Shown here piece by piece: positions 1 through 13,494 of a stretch of DNA of 64,000 nt. The translations under genes and the position numbers were made by a program. Numbering within the stretch: the first letter of the stretch is position 1; each line of letters starts with the position of its first letter. The notes under the pieces are model-generated. The model was given only the letters and a program-made list of their open reading frames with translations. It did no database searches and was not told the origin of the DNA. Source of the DNA: the human T2T-CHM13v2.0 reference genome, Homo sapiens; the NCBI RefSeq assembly GCF_009914755.1, contig NC_060930.1. One strand, 5' to 3'.

Positions 1-805
1 TTGTGTAATGCCAGTTTTAAATGCAAATGTAAAACTGTTAACCATTTAAGTAGAATCACTGGAATTATACAATTTGTATTTTATACTTTGTACATGCATG
101 TATATTTTGCTGTTAACAGGCAGTTGAAAACACTGCATAAAACTAACTCGGTTATTTTTATTTCAGTTCTTGATATGCACACATTCTAACAATACTGTCT
201 ACCTCAGGCTTACTATTGAGTACAGAAGGAAAGAAAAAGTAACTATGAGTAGCTCCTTCTCTTTTCTTCTATATCATTTTCTTCTATATCATTTTTATTG
301 TAGCTGGTTGGCAAATACCTTAAAGTAATGAGTAAGAAAGAATATGGCAGAGTTTCATGGTGGTTTATTTTCTTAGAATGTCATTGCCTTCTTTGTGCAT
401 TTGAATCAAGTTCTGGTTCAAATGGAAATGTAGCCTCTCAGGATTGCCTGTGCTCCTGCTTACTCAGTCATGATGTAACAGGCATTCATTGATTTGCTTT
501 GTGTCTCCCTGAACTGCTCCACACTCTGAGTCCACAATATTTCTGTGCTCACATGGGCATAATGAATACTCTATGGGAATGAAGAAGCAAGGAATGGCAG
601 GAACACATTTTCCATATATGTGTCTCCCCTGCCTGCACACATACTCCATTATCCCACCAGACTTCACTTGCAAAACACAAATTCAAACATAAAATTATTA
701 AGAATTTGAAGACATTCTCAGCAGAGCAATAAATCAAGTGTGGGGCTCTTCCGAGCACAGGACTCAGTGCGACCACCAGATCTTATGACAACGAAGCCAC
801 CTTTG
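1..805 (-). mobile_element. MER45-family (MER45B-like) hAT-Tip100 DNA transposon, running off the window start
   Basis: 690-805 (aaaattattaagaatttgaagac...gcagagcaataaatcaagtgtggggctcttccgagcac...gaagcc) resembles the reverse complement of the MER45 5' terminus. Confidence 0.65.
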
Positions 806-1755
806 ATGACATTTTAGCCTAAGGAACTTTTAAAAATAGTATTCAGATCAAGAAACAAAATAGAAAGAGAAGCTAAACCTCTTTGGATTGTAATCGGTTT
901 ATTTTAAAATTTTTAATAACTTTTGAATGTTAACAGTCAACTCTTCTCAACTGGAGATCTTAACTACAGGCTATTTTTTTTTCTTTGAAGTGACTTTACA
1001 AAGTTCTGCTCTAGTCCAACACATGCAGATATATACTTAAGTTATCAAAAGAATTATTATTTCCAAAAAGTTGTGAGTAGGGGCAGAGTGGGGTTCAGTG
1101 TTGTGCCTTATATCACCTTCCAATTTTAGGAGTTCCTATTTCTTCATTTCTACTTTTCAATATTCTACTTATCACTGTGTTTTTTAAAGCTTTAAAAATG
1201 TCATTTACCATCATAATTTTTTAAATGGATATGGAATCAGTGTCCAAAGCACATGAAACATCCAGGATTAGCATTCAAAAATGCATGATTCTCCTTTGTG
1301 CCTCTTGCCACAGAAACATGCTGCTTAAATCTGCAACTCTACTGATAGTGATAAACCATTCTGAAACATTTATGAAGAGCAGCAGTTATGTTGCCTTTGA
1401 ATAGCATATGAGACACTTGATTGGCCTCCATTGAACTAATTTAATAATTTAAATGTTATCTTCCTGTTGTTAGCTTTTATTGTAGCAGTATTAATCTATA
1501 GAATATCTATATAATCAATTTTTCCCCTACTTTCACCACTCCTTCCCTGGGGTGGCACTAGAGAGAATGGCTAACATTTTTTTAGGATCATTACCCACAG
1601 GGTTTCAATGTATATAAAAAGTTTTTCCTGCTTTTGAATGTAGCATTAAGATGGAAGTCATGGGGAGAAAAAATAGTGCCTCTGTGTTTTATATTTAGGA
1701 ATGGTTGTGAACATTTTACCCTGCAAATAAAACACTAATAAAAAAGTCACCAATG

Positions 1756-1971
<216 letters not shown>

Positions 1972-2411
1972 CTATGGAAATTGGAACACTTAATATCTTT
2001 CATTTAGATGTAAATAGTGTATAAATGTGAAAGAGATAAAAAGGTACTTGTTTTCTACATTAGTATCTAAATATATCTAAAATAAGTTTACTATACATTT
2101 AACTAAAGACAACTGTTACACATATCTCATGAAAATATATGGTGTAATTAGCACGTAAAAATTGATTTTTATTTCTCATGGAAATTTAGATCCAATGGAA
2201 GAATATGAGATAGGCTACATAATAAAAGAGACGAGTAGATCCAGAAATTGAAAAGAATAGGAACCACTGTCAGGATAAGTTAATTCCAAACATTTTCGAT
2301 CTTTGGGTCCCATGCCACACTTTGCTTGGAATAGATGCAATATCTTCCCTATTTTTCCTCCCCACTCTTCTCCTTAGGGAAAGAATCCTTAGGTCAGGCG
2401 GCTAAGCCAAC

Positions 2412-2986
2412 TCTATCAGTCAGGGTTCCTAAAGGAAACAGAACAAATAGCAATAAGTGTATATAGAGCAATCATTTTTTATACACATACATACGTTTCA
2501 CACACATATATATATACACATATACATACACATACATGTCTATACATATATACACACATATATCTCAAATATATTGATTTATTCAAAGAAACTGGCTCAT
2601 GTAATTGTGGGCACTGAGCTGGTAAATTCAAAATCTGTAGGGCAGATCAGCAGGCTGAAAACACAGGTATGAATTTTTCTTGCTGTCTTGAGTTTGAAGT
2701 TTGTAGGGCAGGCTGGCAGGCTGGAAACATGAGCAGGATATCCACCTTAAAATCTTGATACATAATTTTTTCTTTTTCAGGAAAGTTAAGTTTTTGCTCT
2801 TAAGGACTTCAACTGGTTGGATGAGGCCCAAAGAAATTATCAAGATTAATCTGCTTTACTTAAAGTCAACTGACTGTATATGTTAACCACATCTACAAAA
2901 TAGCTTCACAGCAACACCTAGATTAGTATTTGATTAAGTTACTGGGTACTAATGCCTTCCGTTGACACATAAAATTAAACATCACA
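2412..2986 (-). mobile_element. MLT2 (MLT2D-like) ERVL solo LTR containing a (CA/TA)n tract
   Basis: Ends ...gttgacacataaaattaaacatcaca (reverse complement of the MLT2 start); perfect 5-bp TSD CCAAC at 2407-2411 and 2987-2991. Confidence 0.85.
2458..2565. repeat. Degenerate (CA)n/(TA)n microsatellite inside MLT2
   Basis: atacacatacatacg...cacacatatatatacacatatacatacacatacatg. Confidence 0.85.
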
Positions 2987-3964
2987 CCAACTTCAGCGAA
3001 AGGAGCTTATGGTTTATGATAATGATATACTAGCCCTGGAATTAGGACAGCATAGCTGCAGGAAGCAAGACAGGACTAAAGAGCCTCATTATACCTAGGT
3101 CCTTTCCAAATTCAACATGATCTCTTAATGATACGGTGAATAGCAATTGCTTTGCACATTGGCTGGAACTTTGTAATTGCCCAAAATTATGAATTAGTAT
3201 TTAACTATTTTAAATCCTGGGAAGCCTTTGAAATATCCAGGCAATAATAAGCAGTTGGATGTAGGGCTCTAGAGCTGCTACCAAGACATTAATTAAATCA
3301 GTTAGAGCAGCTTCCTCTATGATTTGGACTGGAAAATATGAAACATGGAAAGGATAATTTTGTTATAATGAGGGAATAATGGAGCAGACATACATATAGA
3401 AGCAATGATAATGTTATCTGGGTTGGGGATTTAGAGAGGGGTGTACCAGAAAAATATAGAATTGAGGAACTATTAGTAGGAATTCGTAATCCTAACCTCT
3501 CCATTCCCCCCACCTCTTCTATGCATTAGATTAAGAAATGTGGCATAATCTTCCTCAGTCTGTCTCTCTATCCCCTCTACCCCTACCAGAATAATAATTC
3601 TACAACAAAAGGGTACCCGTGTCATCCCCCAGTTTAAAACTCACCATGACTATCCATAATTCTTTTCCAAATTTCATAACGTGTGATGTCTATAGCTGTC
3701 AGATCCTTGCCTACTCCTGTGATTTAATTTCTAGTCATTTCCCTCAACTTTTGCATTCTATTCTTAATACATATCGAACACACTTCCATTTCTGCAAATT
3801 TGCCTGATCTCTTTAGCCTCTGAACTTTTCAACACCCTTGTATTTATTTCCAATGCCCGACTAAAGTTAAACTGCTGAAAAGTAGCAACCACCCATACTC
3901 TTTTTTGTTATCTGTTTGCCCAGCACAGCACAAGACACATACAGATGCATAATCGTACCCACTC

Positions 3965-4088
3965 TCCCCTTCAGATTCCAAATTCTTTAAGCATAGAAAG
4001 CACACCTATTTCATCTTTATGCCTCTCACAGCATCATTTGCGAAGTACTTTACACTTAGTTTCCTCAATAAATTGTTGCTGAATTCAG
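3965..4088 (+). mobile_element. L2 3'-end fragment
   Basis: Degenerate L2 tail ...ttcatctttatgcctctcacagca...ctcaataaattgttgctgaat. Confidence 0.4.
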
Positions 4089-4502
4089 TGAAAGCACTGA
4101 TAGAACTATAAACCCTTATAATCATTTGAAATAGGGAAATTATATTCCAAGTGTTACAAAATGGGCATAAATGAATCATATGTGTTGATTATATATGGGG
4201 ACTGAATATGCTATAAAGTGCACATATGGTAGCAAGAACACAACCCTACTGTATTACTAAATGTGAGTCATGTAAAACTAATATGCTTGCAATAAATGTT
4301 AATTAAACATTCAACTAACAATTTTCTTGCCCTTTTGAAACTTAGAATGCTTTGAAGGGGATTGTTTGGTCTCTTAAAAGCACTTTCCTGGCAAATTTAA
4401 ATAGGTACTTTTTTCTCTCCATTTAATTTCTTTCTTTTATCTCTTTTTTTGCATAGAAATTATGCACATCCCCCATATAGTTTTGTTTTGCATTTAGTTT
4501 TT

Positions 4503-4712
4503 TAATTTTAATTTAAAAAAGTTTTAAATTGATACATAATGATTGCACATATTTATGGGGAACATATGATACTGTGATATATATAATGTAGAATGATTGG
4601 AGCAGGGTAACGAGCATATCCATCATCTCAACTATTTATCATTTGTTTGTGTTGAAGATGTTCAATATTCTCCTCTAGCTACTGAAACTATAAAACATAT
4701 TATTATTAACAT
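4503..4712 (-). mobile_element. L1MA-type 3' end fragment
   Basis: aattgatacataatgattgcacatatttatgggg...agcatatccatcatctcaa...tttgtgttgaagatgttcaatattctcctctagcta. Confidence 0.75.
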
Positions 4713-5124
4713 TTAATTTATTTAAAGTGTACAGAGATTAGCAAAATGATTCTAATGACCTCAATTTTTGGCCCTTTAACTTCACGAAGAGGCTTTGCAT
4801 GATATTTTGAGAAGCCCCCACATAAAAATACACCATTTCCAGTGCTTTCTTTCAGAAGGCTTTGGGTCTTCTGCCTTTCAACCAGAATTCTGGGTGTGTT
4901 CTATATCCTTTGACATGAGTACACACACACACATGCACATACACATGTGCATACACACAATTCCAAAGTGCCCATGATGCAGATCACAGTTATTCCTATG
5001 CTTTTGTTTGGGAATAATTTCAGGTCCACTTTCTTAGTAATTTCAGGGGCATATCTTGGGTATCTGGAGCTATCTGAATTACCTAACAGCTCCTCATCAT
5101 TCCATAAAGACTTTGTATAGAACA

Positions 5125-5256
5125 AGTCTGTAGATGTGGAAAGCTCAGAAATCATGCCTGTTTTGTTCATTGTTATTTCTCATTCTGAGGACTAAATTCA
5201 GTGCATGGTTGGTACTCAATATACTTTTGTTCACTGGAAAATGGGTGCATGAATTT
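5125..5256 (+). mobile_element. L2 3'-end fragment
   Basis: tgcctgttttgttcattgttatttctca...cagtgcatggttggtactcaatatacttttgttca. Confidence 0.5.
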
Positions 5257-6009
5257 ATAAGGTTAAGCATATACATATTCCCTGGTAATATTAGTAGCTG
5301 CTAAAGATACTTTGAACAATAGTGGATATGGTATTCGCACACACACTATGTGCACTAATCCTGCGGTAACTAGGGATCATTCATAGGAAGGAAGTGGTAT
5401 CCAAATAACATTCACTGGCAGTAGAATCCCAGTACACACATGGTACCTGACTTTAGCTGGAGTAGAAATGAATAGGAAAGAAAGGCCATATAATGACAGA
5501 TGCTTTATTATATCAATTTTAAGATACATCTTTCCCCATAGTTTAGCCCATGAAGAATAATAATTCATATTAAAATTAATAATATTTATTGAAATCAATG
5601 AGGAGATCTGAAGGAATGAAAATTTGCTCCTCATTGACTGAGTACAGCAAGGAAGAATGCCTTTGCAAAAATTCTTCAAATACCTTTTACAAGGAAGTAG
5701 TTTTATAGCGTATTGAGGGGAACACAGCCCTTCTGATAACAAGCAACAAAAATGCTTAAAATGGCAAGCAAAGTTTCAAGCACTCTAACTTGTGTGTTTT
5801 CTTCAAACAGGATGTTTGCCATGAGTGACTTTTTTTTTTAAGAGTCCTGTAGTTTTTTTAAAGAAAGACACTAGTGGTTATTTCTCAATAACTTAGCTTT
5901 AACTCAAGGACCAATAAAATTTTCCAGCTGGGGTGAATAAGGCCTGGGGAAAATGTTAAAAGAAGAAGGGATTAAAGATATTTCTGGAAAATACAGTTTC
6001 CACATCCTC

Positions 6010-6830
6010 CTGTCATTGTCAACCAGGTGGCAGTTATGACATAGACATCACTTTCTGCACATAAGCAAATTTGGTCATAGTTGTTCATGTTGCCATTTTA
6101 AATGAATTATGCTTGTACTACAGGCATTATGCTTAATTGCCTTTAAAAATGTCTTCAAAAATTATATTATGATTCTGTACTAAAATGAAAAATTATTGTA
6201 TGTACAGAAAGAAACAGAAACATGCAGTGGGACATATATTTGATAGTCCAGAAACAAATATCTATCCTAAAAGCAATGAAAGAAATTTTAAAATTTTCTT
6301 GGAAATCAAAAATAAAGTTATTTGTTGGAGTTAAGAAAGAAAGACTCCACAGGGAGAAAAAGATGTGTTATCTTTTGCTTCTATTGACTATTACATGCCA
6401 AGCAAGAAAGCGCCAGCAGCAAATTTTGCAGAACAGGTGTCAGCAGCTTGTGAGAAAATCCCAGAGACTATAGTGGAGCACTTTTAAAAGAAATTCTGGC
6501 TTCATCACTAATGCTCTTTATGGCACAGAGGACCATTTTTAGTGATAAAACACAGATAAGTATTGAAACCCCTGGATTTGAAAGGATGCAGAAAAGTTGC
6601 AGTCTAAATGTGGAATTGTTTAGGAATATATTAAGAAATTTATTTCACCAATTTAAAAATATACACAAATTTGATGATGGTAAATCATCTACAATAAAAA
6701 GTCTTTAAAAAGCTATTCCAATAATCGTAAGATACATTTCTAAGAAAAAGTATTGCGACAGTTTTACAGGCAGCATTTTTTTCTTTCTTTGTGAGTCATA
6801 ACAATGTCTTACATTAATCTTGGATTCTGT
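6010..6830 (+). mobile_element. Kanga/Tc2-type (TcMar) DNA transposon remnant, internally deleted
   Basis: aaaatgtcttcaaaa...aaaattattgtatgtacagaaag resembles the Tc2 transposase start; 6450-6535 resembles the C-terminal IP..IVE.SFKK..ITNALDGTED motif with frameshifts. Confidence 0.5.
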
Positions 6831-7529
6831 TTTATATTAATGCTAGCTGGATCCTGAAGTATCTGGAAAGTTCTTTCTGGCATGGGGAAATAAGTGTGCT
6901 TCTATACTGTAGAATCTCACCTTCGTGGTAAGGAGAAGAAAGATGGAGGAATTAGAAAAGACTAAAAGACATTTAAAAGAAATGTTCCATACAATCTAAA
7001 ACAAGAAGATCCCTCTCATTAATGTGGTTAAATGAAGAGTACAAGTTGATCCCCAAAGTACTTTCAGGTTAGAAGTTTAGTCTTGGAACAGCCTATTTTA
7101 CAAAGTCCATGCTCTTCAGTAGCTTTGGGGGAGACACATGAGGCAAAGAGGGGAGAAGCAAGTATATACTTAGGCAGCTAGATGGTCTAAATCAGCCCCA
7201 TGTCTTTCTGTGTGACAGAAGTTGCAGCCATGTTAACATTCTTTTCACATTCTAATAACATCTGTTGTTGTGTTGTCCTAGCACTCAGCCAGGGGCAGTC
7301 CTGGGTATACCTGACAGCATAATCTGATGCTGCTGCTGGTACGTGGCTATGTGAACCATTCATTTTAAAGTGATAGAATATGTCTATTACAGTGGTTTTA
7401 CACCCCTTTCAATACCTACGGCAGCAGTGCACGGTGCTATAAAATTAACTTAGACTGACTTTCAGTCTCTACATTTTTCATTTCCTTCTGAGTTGCCACA
7501 CCCTCCGGGAATCAGACTAGCTCTAAATG

Positions 7530-7700
7530 ACTTAGGCAATGAGGCTTCCATTTCTTCCTGTGGGAAACTAATGTACAGTCTAACAGACTATTAAGAAATT
7601 GTTTCTGATATTCAGCCTACATTTTCTTTTCCTTAATTGCATTCCATTACTACATTCTAAACAATTTTTCCTTCTCCTTAAGATCCTACAGATTCTTGTC
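7530..7700. mobile_element. Possible ancient L3/CR1 fragment
   Basis: gaggcttccatttcttcctgtgggaaactaatg...agaaattgtttctgatattcagcctacattttc weakly resembles a CR1 3' region. Confidence 0.3.
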
Positions 7701-8052
7701 TAAGGCCATTCCAATTTGGCCAGCCTTTGTAAAATGAATAATTTTTGTTCTTTGCTTCTACTGGAAGTCAAACTTTCTTGTTTTTAGTTTACTTACTTGA
7801 TATTCTCAAAATTCCTTTGCTGCTGGCTGTTATTAAAATAGTCAAAAGACTACCATTTACAAAGATGTTCTGTCTAGAAAAGCATAGAAAATAGTATTAC
7901 CTTATTTTGAATGTAAAAATTGAATTAATCTCATACTGGCTGTGTATTACCATCCCAATTTATTTTTAATCAGACAGCCCTATCTAGATCATCTTTTCTA
8001 CCTATATAGGCTTTTAAAATTGATATTCTTTAAGTATTATTCCCCTAAATTA

Positions 8053-8090
8053 TACACACACACACACACACACACGCACATACATACCAC
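8053..8090. repeat. (CA)n microsatellite at the Alu tail position
   Basis: tacacacacacacacacacacacgcacatacatacc. Confidence 0.9.
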
Positions 8091-8095
8091 AAGCA

Positions 8096-8384
8096 TTTGA
8101 GATGAGAGTCTCATCGCTCTGTCTCCCAGGCTTGAGTGCAGTGGCCAGACCTTGGCTTACTGCAACTTCTGCCTCCCAGGCTCAAGAGATCTGCTCACTT
8201 CAGCCTCTCAAGTAGCTGCGACCACAGGCACACACTATCATGCCTGGCTAAGTTTTGTATATTTTGTAGAGATGGGGTTTCACCATGTTGCCTAGGCTGG
8301 TCTTCAACTCCTGGGCTCAAGCTATGCACCTACCTTCACCTCCTAAGGTGCTGGGATTATAGGCATGAGCCACCATGCCTGGCT
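8096..8384 (-). mobile_element. AluJ (AluJb-like)
   Basis: Both arms in antisense with J-type ggctcaag motifs; ends ...caccatgcctggct. Confidence 0.92.
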
Positions 8385-9999
8385 TCTTCATGCCTTTTAG
8401 TAGATCTGAATTTATCAATAAACATTAACCAAATAGGCAGCTTAGTTCAATTTTATGAAATAAACAGCTTGCAAAGATCAAAAATACACCTTAAAATGTA
8501 TTATCACTATCTCAAAACTGCTTATGGCTAGATGTTTTTTTCCTTTTTTGCAATAAAGATATCAAATATTTACATAACATTTTTTAATGTCTAGAATCAT
8601 TTTCACATCTATTACCTTAGTAAACCCTGATTTTAACTCTATGATTGATTTCTATCTTTGCTTTGATCCCCAAGCGTCAATGGATGGCCATGTTGGGATT
8701 ATTTCTCTTCCCCACCCTCTCTTCCCCTGCTATCCTCTCACCCACCTAAACACACACTCCTGACAACAAAGTGTTCTTTTCATTATACCGTGTTAATGAT
8801 ACTTTAAATATCATTTACAGAAGTCTAAACTTGAATTTTGGGCCCTACGGATACTGAAATATAGTAAAGTATTCCTAGACTTCATTCATCTTCTAATGTT
8901 GAAATAGGAAAAAAAACTAATAAAAGAGACTCATCCACTGCAGGAAAAAGACAAAACAAAACAAGAAAGGAAAGGTTTGTTTATGTGTTGTTGAAAGAAC
9001 CACAGTTTCTTCAGAATCTTATTAAGAAGAGAGGAGACACTTGAAATATATGCCACCTAGTAATAATATTGTAAGGTGCCAAAGATAAATGTATGTTGAT
9101 AACTGAAAGGCAATAATCTGACATAAGTCTAAGAAAACTGCCATATAATGAGTATTTTTCTCTCCAATATATAACTTAACTTGGAATATTGACTGCAGCC
9201 TTCACAGAGCAAGTATTCCCACCACCCTTTCCCTAGCCTGTCTGATTAACCTCCTTGCACAGCAGTGGGAAAGAATACAAGAGACAAGACCTCATGTGCC
9301 ATGTTCCCCAGAATGGTCTGAGAGCATTAAAGCAGCATCTTGCAGCCTGATGAAGTATCGGGATCCTTTACAAAAGAACTATTATTCCACATTCATTTAT
9401 TCTACTCTTCTTGGAGGACAGTACAGTAGGTGGGGAAACATCCTCATAAATGATTTAGTTAGTTCTGAAAAAGCAATTGTGTCTCTCCCCTCTTTCTGTT
9501 TCTATAGATGCTGTTATGATAAAGCTTGATGGTAATTGCCTCATTCCAGTTTAGAGATCTATGAAGACTTTGTAAAAAACAAAAGTTATCCTATTACACT
9601 TTGTGATGTTTGGCATTTTAAGTCATATAGCTGTACATTGCAAATTCTGATCCTGAGTATAAGAATTGATAAATAAAATGTTAAGTGTATAATGGAGACA
9701 CTTAACTTACACAAACCCAGCTGTTTGAATCAGAGAAAAGAGAGAATCAAAAAAGAAAAAGAATAGCATTGCTGACCCGTCTTCTGGCCACAGAGTGATC
9801 AGGATAAGGCTTTCTTTGAGTTTTATCTTCCTGCCCTAATGTCTCTCAGCTTGAGCATCTCTCTGTGCCTGGCATTATAGTGAAGTTTCATACCTCCTGA
9901 CCCTATCTGTCCAATCAACTATGGCTACATTTGCAGGAAAATTCCTCGAGTGACTTAGGTGCATCATTTTCAATTCCTTTCCTCACATTCTGTTTTATA

Positions 10000-10330
10000 A
10001 TATTTTTCTTTGAAGTAATGTCAGGCTTACTTACAGAAAAGATTAAGAATATTGTGAAGAGATCTTGTATACCTTTCATCCAAATTCCATAATTGTCTCC
10101 TTATTATCATTTACTTTGTTATTTCTCTTTCTTTCTCTCAAATATGTACATTTTATGCATTTTCATAATGATTTGAGATGGCCCTTAGCACCTAATATTT
10201 CAACAAATATTTCCTAAAACAAAGATCAGTCTTTTACATAACCACAGTCCAGTTAGCAAAATCAGAAAATCAATATTGATATAATACTATTACACAGTTG
10301 ACTGACACTCTTTCTATTTTGCTGCTGTTT
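10000..10330 (-). mobile_element. Old L1 (L1MC/L1ME-type) 3'UTR fragment
   Basis: tatttcctaaaacaaagatcagtcttttacataaccacagt...aaaatcagaaaatcaatattgatataatactatta. Confidence 0.6.
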
Positions 10331-10811
10331 CAAAAGTGTCATTTAGAGTACTATTACAACAACAACTAATAATAATTCTGGTCACAAATGAAACTGTGGT
10401 GAGATTATTTTGTGCAATTTCATTTTCTAATTGTTTGTTGCTAGTAGATAGAAAAACAGTTGTTTTTTGTATACTGATCTTATATACTATAACCAATGTA
10501 AACTCATTCATTAGTTCTAATAGTTTTCTGGTAGATTCCATCATTTTTTGTATAAATGACCATTTAATCTTTGACTAAAAATGGCTTTACTTATTTGTTT
10601 TCCAAACTGGATGCTTTTTGTTTCTTTTTCTTGCCTTACTACACTGGCCAGAACCTTCAGTACAATGTTGAATAGAAGTGGTGGGAGTGGATATCCTTGT
10701 TTTGTTCTAGTTCTTAGGGGAAAAGCATTCAGTCTTTCACGTAAGTATGATACTAGCTGTAGCTTTTCTGTAGATGCCCTTTGTAAGGATGTGGAACTTC
10801 CTTTTGTTCTG

Positions 10812-11217
10812 GGTGTTAACTTATTTGAAAAAAAAAAAGTAATTATGATGTAATTAGGTTAAATATCTTGAAATGACAGCATTATGGATTACCCAGGTGG
10901 GCCCTAAATTCAATGACAAGTGTCTATATGAGACAGAAGAGGAGAAGATGCAGACACACAGAGGAGAAGGTGCTGTGAAGACGGAGGCAGATATTCGAGT
11001 GATTTGACCACAAGCCAAAAAAGCCAAGGAATGGCAAGTGTCACCCAAACGTGGAAGAGGCAGAGAATAATTTTCCTAAGAACCTCTGGGGAGTGTGGAT
11101 CTGCTGACAACTTGATTTTGTATTTTTGACCTTCAGACTTGTGAAATAATAAATTTCTATTGTTCTTTGCCACCCAATTTGTGGTGATTTGTTATAGCAG
11201 CCATAGGAAAATAATAT
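10812..11217 (+). mobile_element. MLT1C-like MaLR solo LTR (5' part missing)
   Basis: ggattacccaggtgggccctaaat...gtgaagacggaggcagata...aataaatttctattgttcttt...tttgttatagcagccataggaaaataata. Confidence 0.85.
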
Positions 11218-11954
11218 TCCTTCTATATACCTACCTTGCTGAGAGTTTTTAACAGGAATAGATATTGAATTTATCATTTATTTTTCCTAACTTTGTTAAT
11301 GTGATGAATTGCACTGATTGATTTTCAAATCAACCAACATTTTTATTCCTGGAATAAAGTCCATTTGGTCCTGTACTATTGAATTCAATTGGAAAAAATT
11401 TATTCAGCATGTTTGCCCTATGTTTATAAGGGATATTGGTCAGTAATTGTCTTATGTGGTGTTTGGTTTTGGAACCAAGGTAATGCTGGCTCCATAGAAT
11501 GAGTCTGAAGTATTCCCTCTTTTAAAGTATGTAAAATAGTGTATATAGATTTGATATTATTTCTTCCCTAAATGTTTGGTAGAATCCACTAGGGAAGGCA
11601 TCTGAACCTTGCATTTTCTCTGTAGGAAGGTTTTTAGTAAAAATGAACATTTATAAATAGATACAGGGTTATTCATATTAGGTATTTCTTCTTAAATGAG
11701 CTTTGGTGGGTTTTTTTTCTCTTCAAAGAATTTGCCCGTTTCATCTGAATTTTTGCATTTATTATCATAAAGTTTTCCATAATACCTCTTTGTTATACCT
11801 TTAATGAAGGTATTTAGTAAAAATGAACATTTCAAAATAGATATAGGGTTATTTATATTAGGTATTTCTTCCTAAATATATAGAATCTGTGGTAATATAA
11901 TTTCTCTCATTCCTGCAATTGGCAATTTGTAACTTCTTTTTTTCTTAATAAGTC

Positions 11955-12042
11955 TAGTTAACGGGTGCAGCACACCAGCATGGCACATGTATACATATGT
12001 AACTAACCTGCACATTGTGCACATGTACCCTAAAACTTAAAG

Positions 12043-12078
<36 letters not shown>
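11955..12078 (+). mobile_element. Extremely 5'-truncated young L1PA (PA2/PA3-like) 3' end with (TAA)n tail
   Basis: gggtgcagcacaccagcatggcacatgtatacatatgtaactaacctgcacattgtgcacatgtaccctaaaacttaaagtat followed by about 12 taa units. Confidence 0.92.
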
Positions 12079-12079
<1 letters not shown>

Positions 12080-13363
12080 TCTGGCTAAAAGTTTATCCTT
12101 TCTTAATATTATCAAATAACCAGCTATTGGTTCCATTTATTGTCTATGTTTTTTCTCTTTTCTATTTCATTAATTTCCAGACTCTAATCTTTATCATTTC
12201 CCTTCCTCACATTTCAGAGATATTTCTGCATATTTCTTTCTTATTTTCCAATTTTTTTAGGTAGAAGCTGAGGTCTTTGTCTTGAAGCTTTTCTTCCTTT
12301 CCAGTACAAGTATTTAGTGCTATAAATGTTCCCCAAATACTTTTTTGGAAACATGGCACAAATTTTGATAGGCAGTATTCTCATTTGAACTGAATAGTCC
12401 AAAACACTTTCTAAATTTTATTTGATTTCTTTGACCCATGGATTATATATAATGCATTATGTCATTTCCAAATATTTGGGGTAATTTCCTAGAGAACTTC
12501 CTGTTATGTATTTCTAATTTAGTTGCTTTGAAAATTTATTATGTATGACTTAAATTATTTAAATGAATTGACACTTGTTAAATAGTGCAAAATGTGGTCT
12601 ATCTTTGCAAGTGTTCTATGTGCACTTGAAAAGAATGTTTATTCTGCTTTTATTGGTTTGAGTATTTTATAAATGTTAAGCTGGTTAATAGTGTAGTTCA
12701 AATCTTCTATATCCTTACTAATTTATGACTACAGGTTCTATCAATTTTTAGAGGGTTTGGTTTGGAAATCACTGACTAATATTGTGTTTTTAAATTACCC
12801 TTTGCAATTCTGTCTGTTCTTTCTTCTCTTTTGAAGCTCTGTTATTAGATGCATAAACATTGACAATTTATGTCCATAATAAGCTGATCTCAAGTTTGAT
12901 CAGTTACTACAATTCTTCTTTTATAAAATCAATTATTTTAACTTTCCATTTTGTAAATTTGCAAACATACACCAAATCAGAGAGAAAATGAATATTATGT
13001 ACCCATCTCTCAGTTTCCATAACTATTAACGTTTGTCATATTTGTTTCCATACTGGATGCACTCTCTCCTTTTTTGCTTAAATATTTTATTGCAAATCCC
13101 AGCTACCAAGATACTGAGATAAGCTTTAGAGTAAAAAACACATTCTTATATTACTGCAATTCTATTGTCACACAGAATTCTCTAACAGAAATTGCATAAC
13201 ATGACGTAAATGCAATTCATATTCAAATTATCTCAGTTGTTAAAAAATGTGTGTGTGAGTATAAACTGAAACATCATGGATTTTAGTTTGTTTGTTGTTT
13301 TGGCTTGTGAGGATCAGATCCAAATAAAGTCTTCTCAATATATTTGGTTCTATGTCTTTTAAG

Positions 13364-13494
13364 TAAAGTGGTCATATAATCTGTAGCCCTACCCTAAATG
13401 CCTCTGAGCTAAAAGGGAGAATAAATAACAATCACATTGTGGTAACAAGAGTAAACCATGACTGTCCCAGCCAACTGGTAAATATGCTCACCTA
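13364..13494 (+). mobile_element. MER94 (hAT-Blackjack) MITE
   Basis: About 130 bp with degenerate TIRs taaagtggtcatat / atatgctcaccta and internal gactgtcccagccaactgg. Confidence 0.6.

Larger units (their letters stand above)
10400..12885 (-). mobile_element. Old L1M ORF2 region, interrupted by MLT1C (10812-11217) and a tiny L1PA (11955-12078)
   Basis: Degraded ORF2 homology, e.g. KLLELMNEF..V..YKISIQKT..FLSTSNKQLENEI (10314-10544); cagtacaatgttgaatagaagtggtg; gcacttgaaaagaatg. Confidence 0.8.

Noticed and set aside
9296-9529. 77-aa ORF in unique DNA
   Set aside because: Non-ATG start, no similarity, and a length expected by chance.
11954-12136. Poly-tyrosine ORF
   Set aside because: Translation of the (TAA)n L1 tail on the opposite strand.
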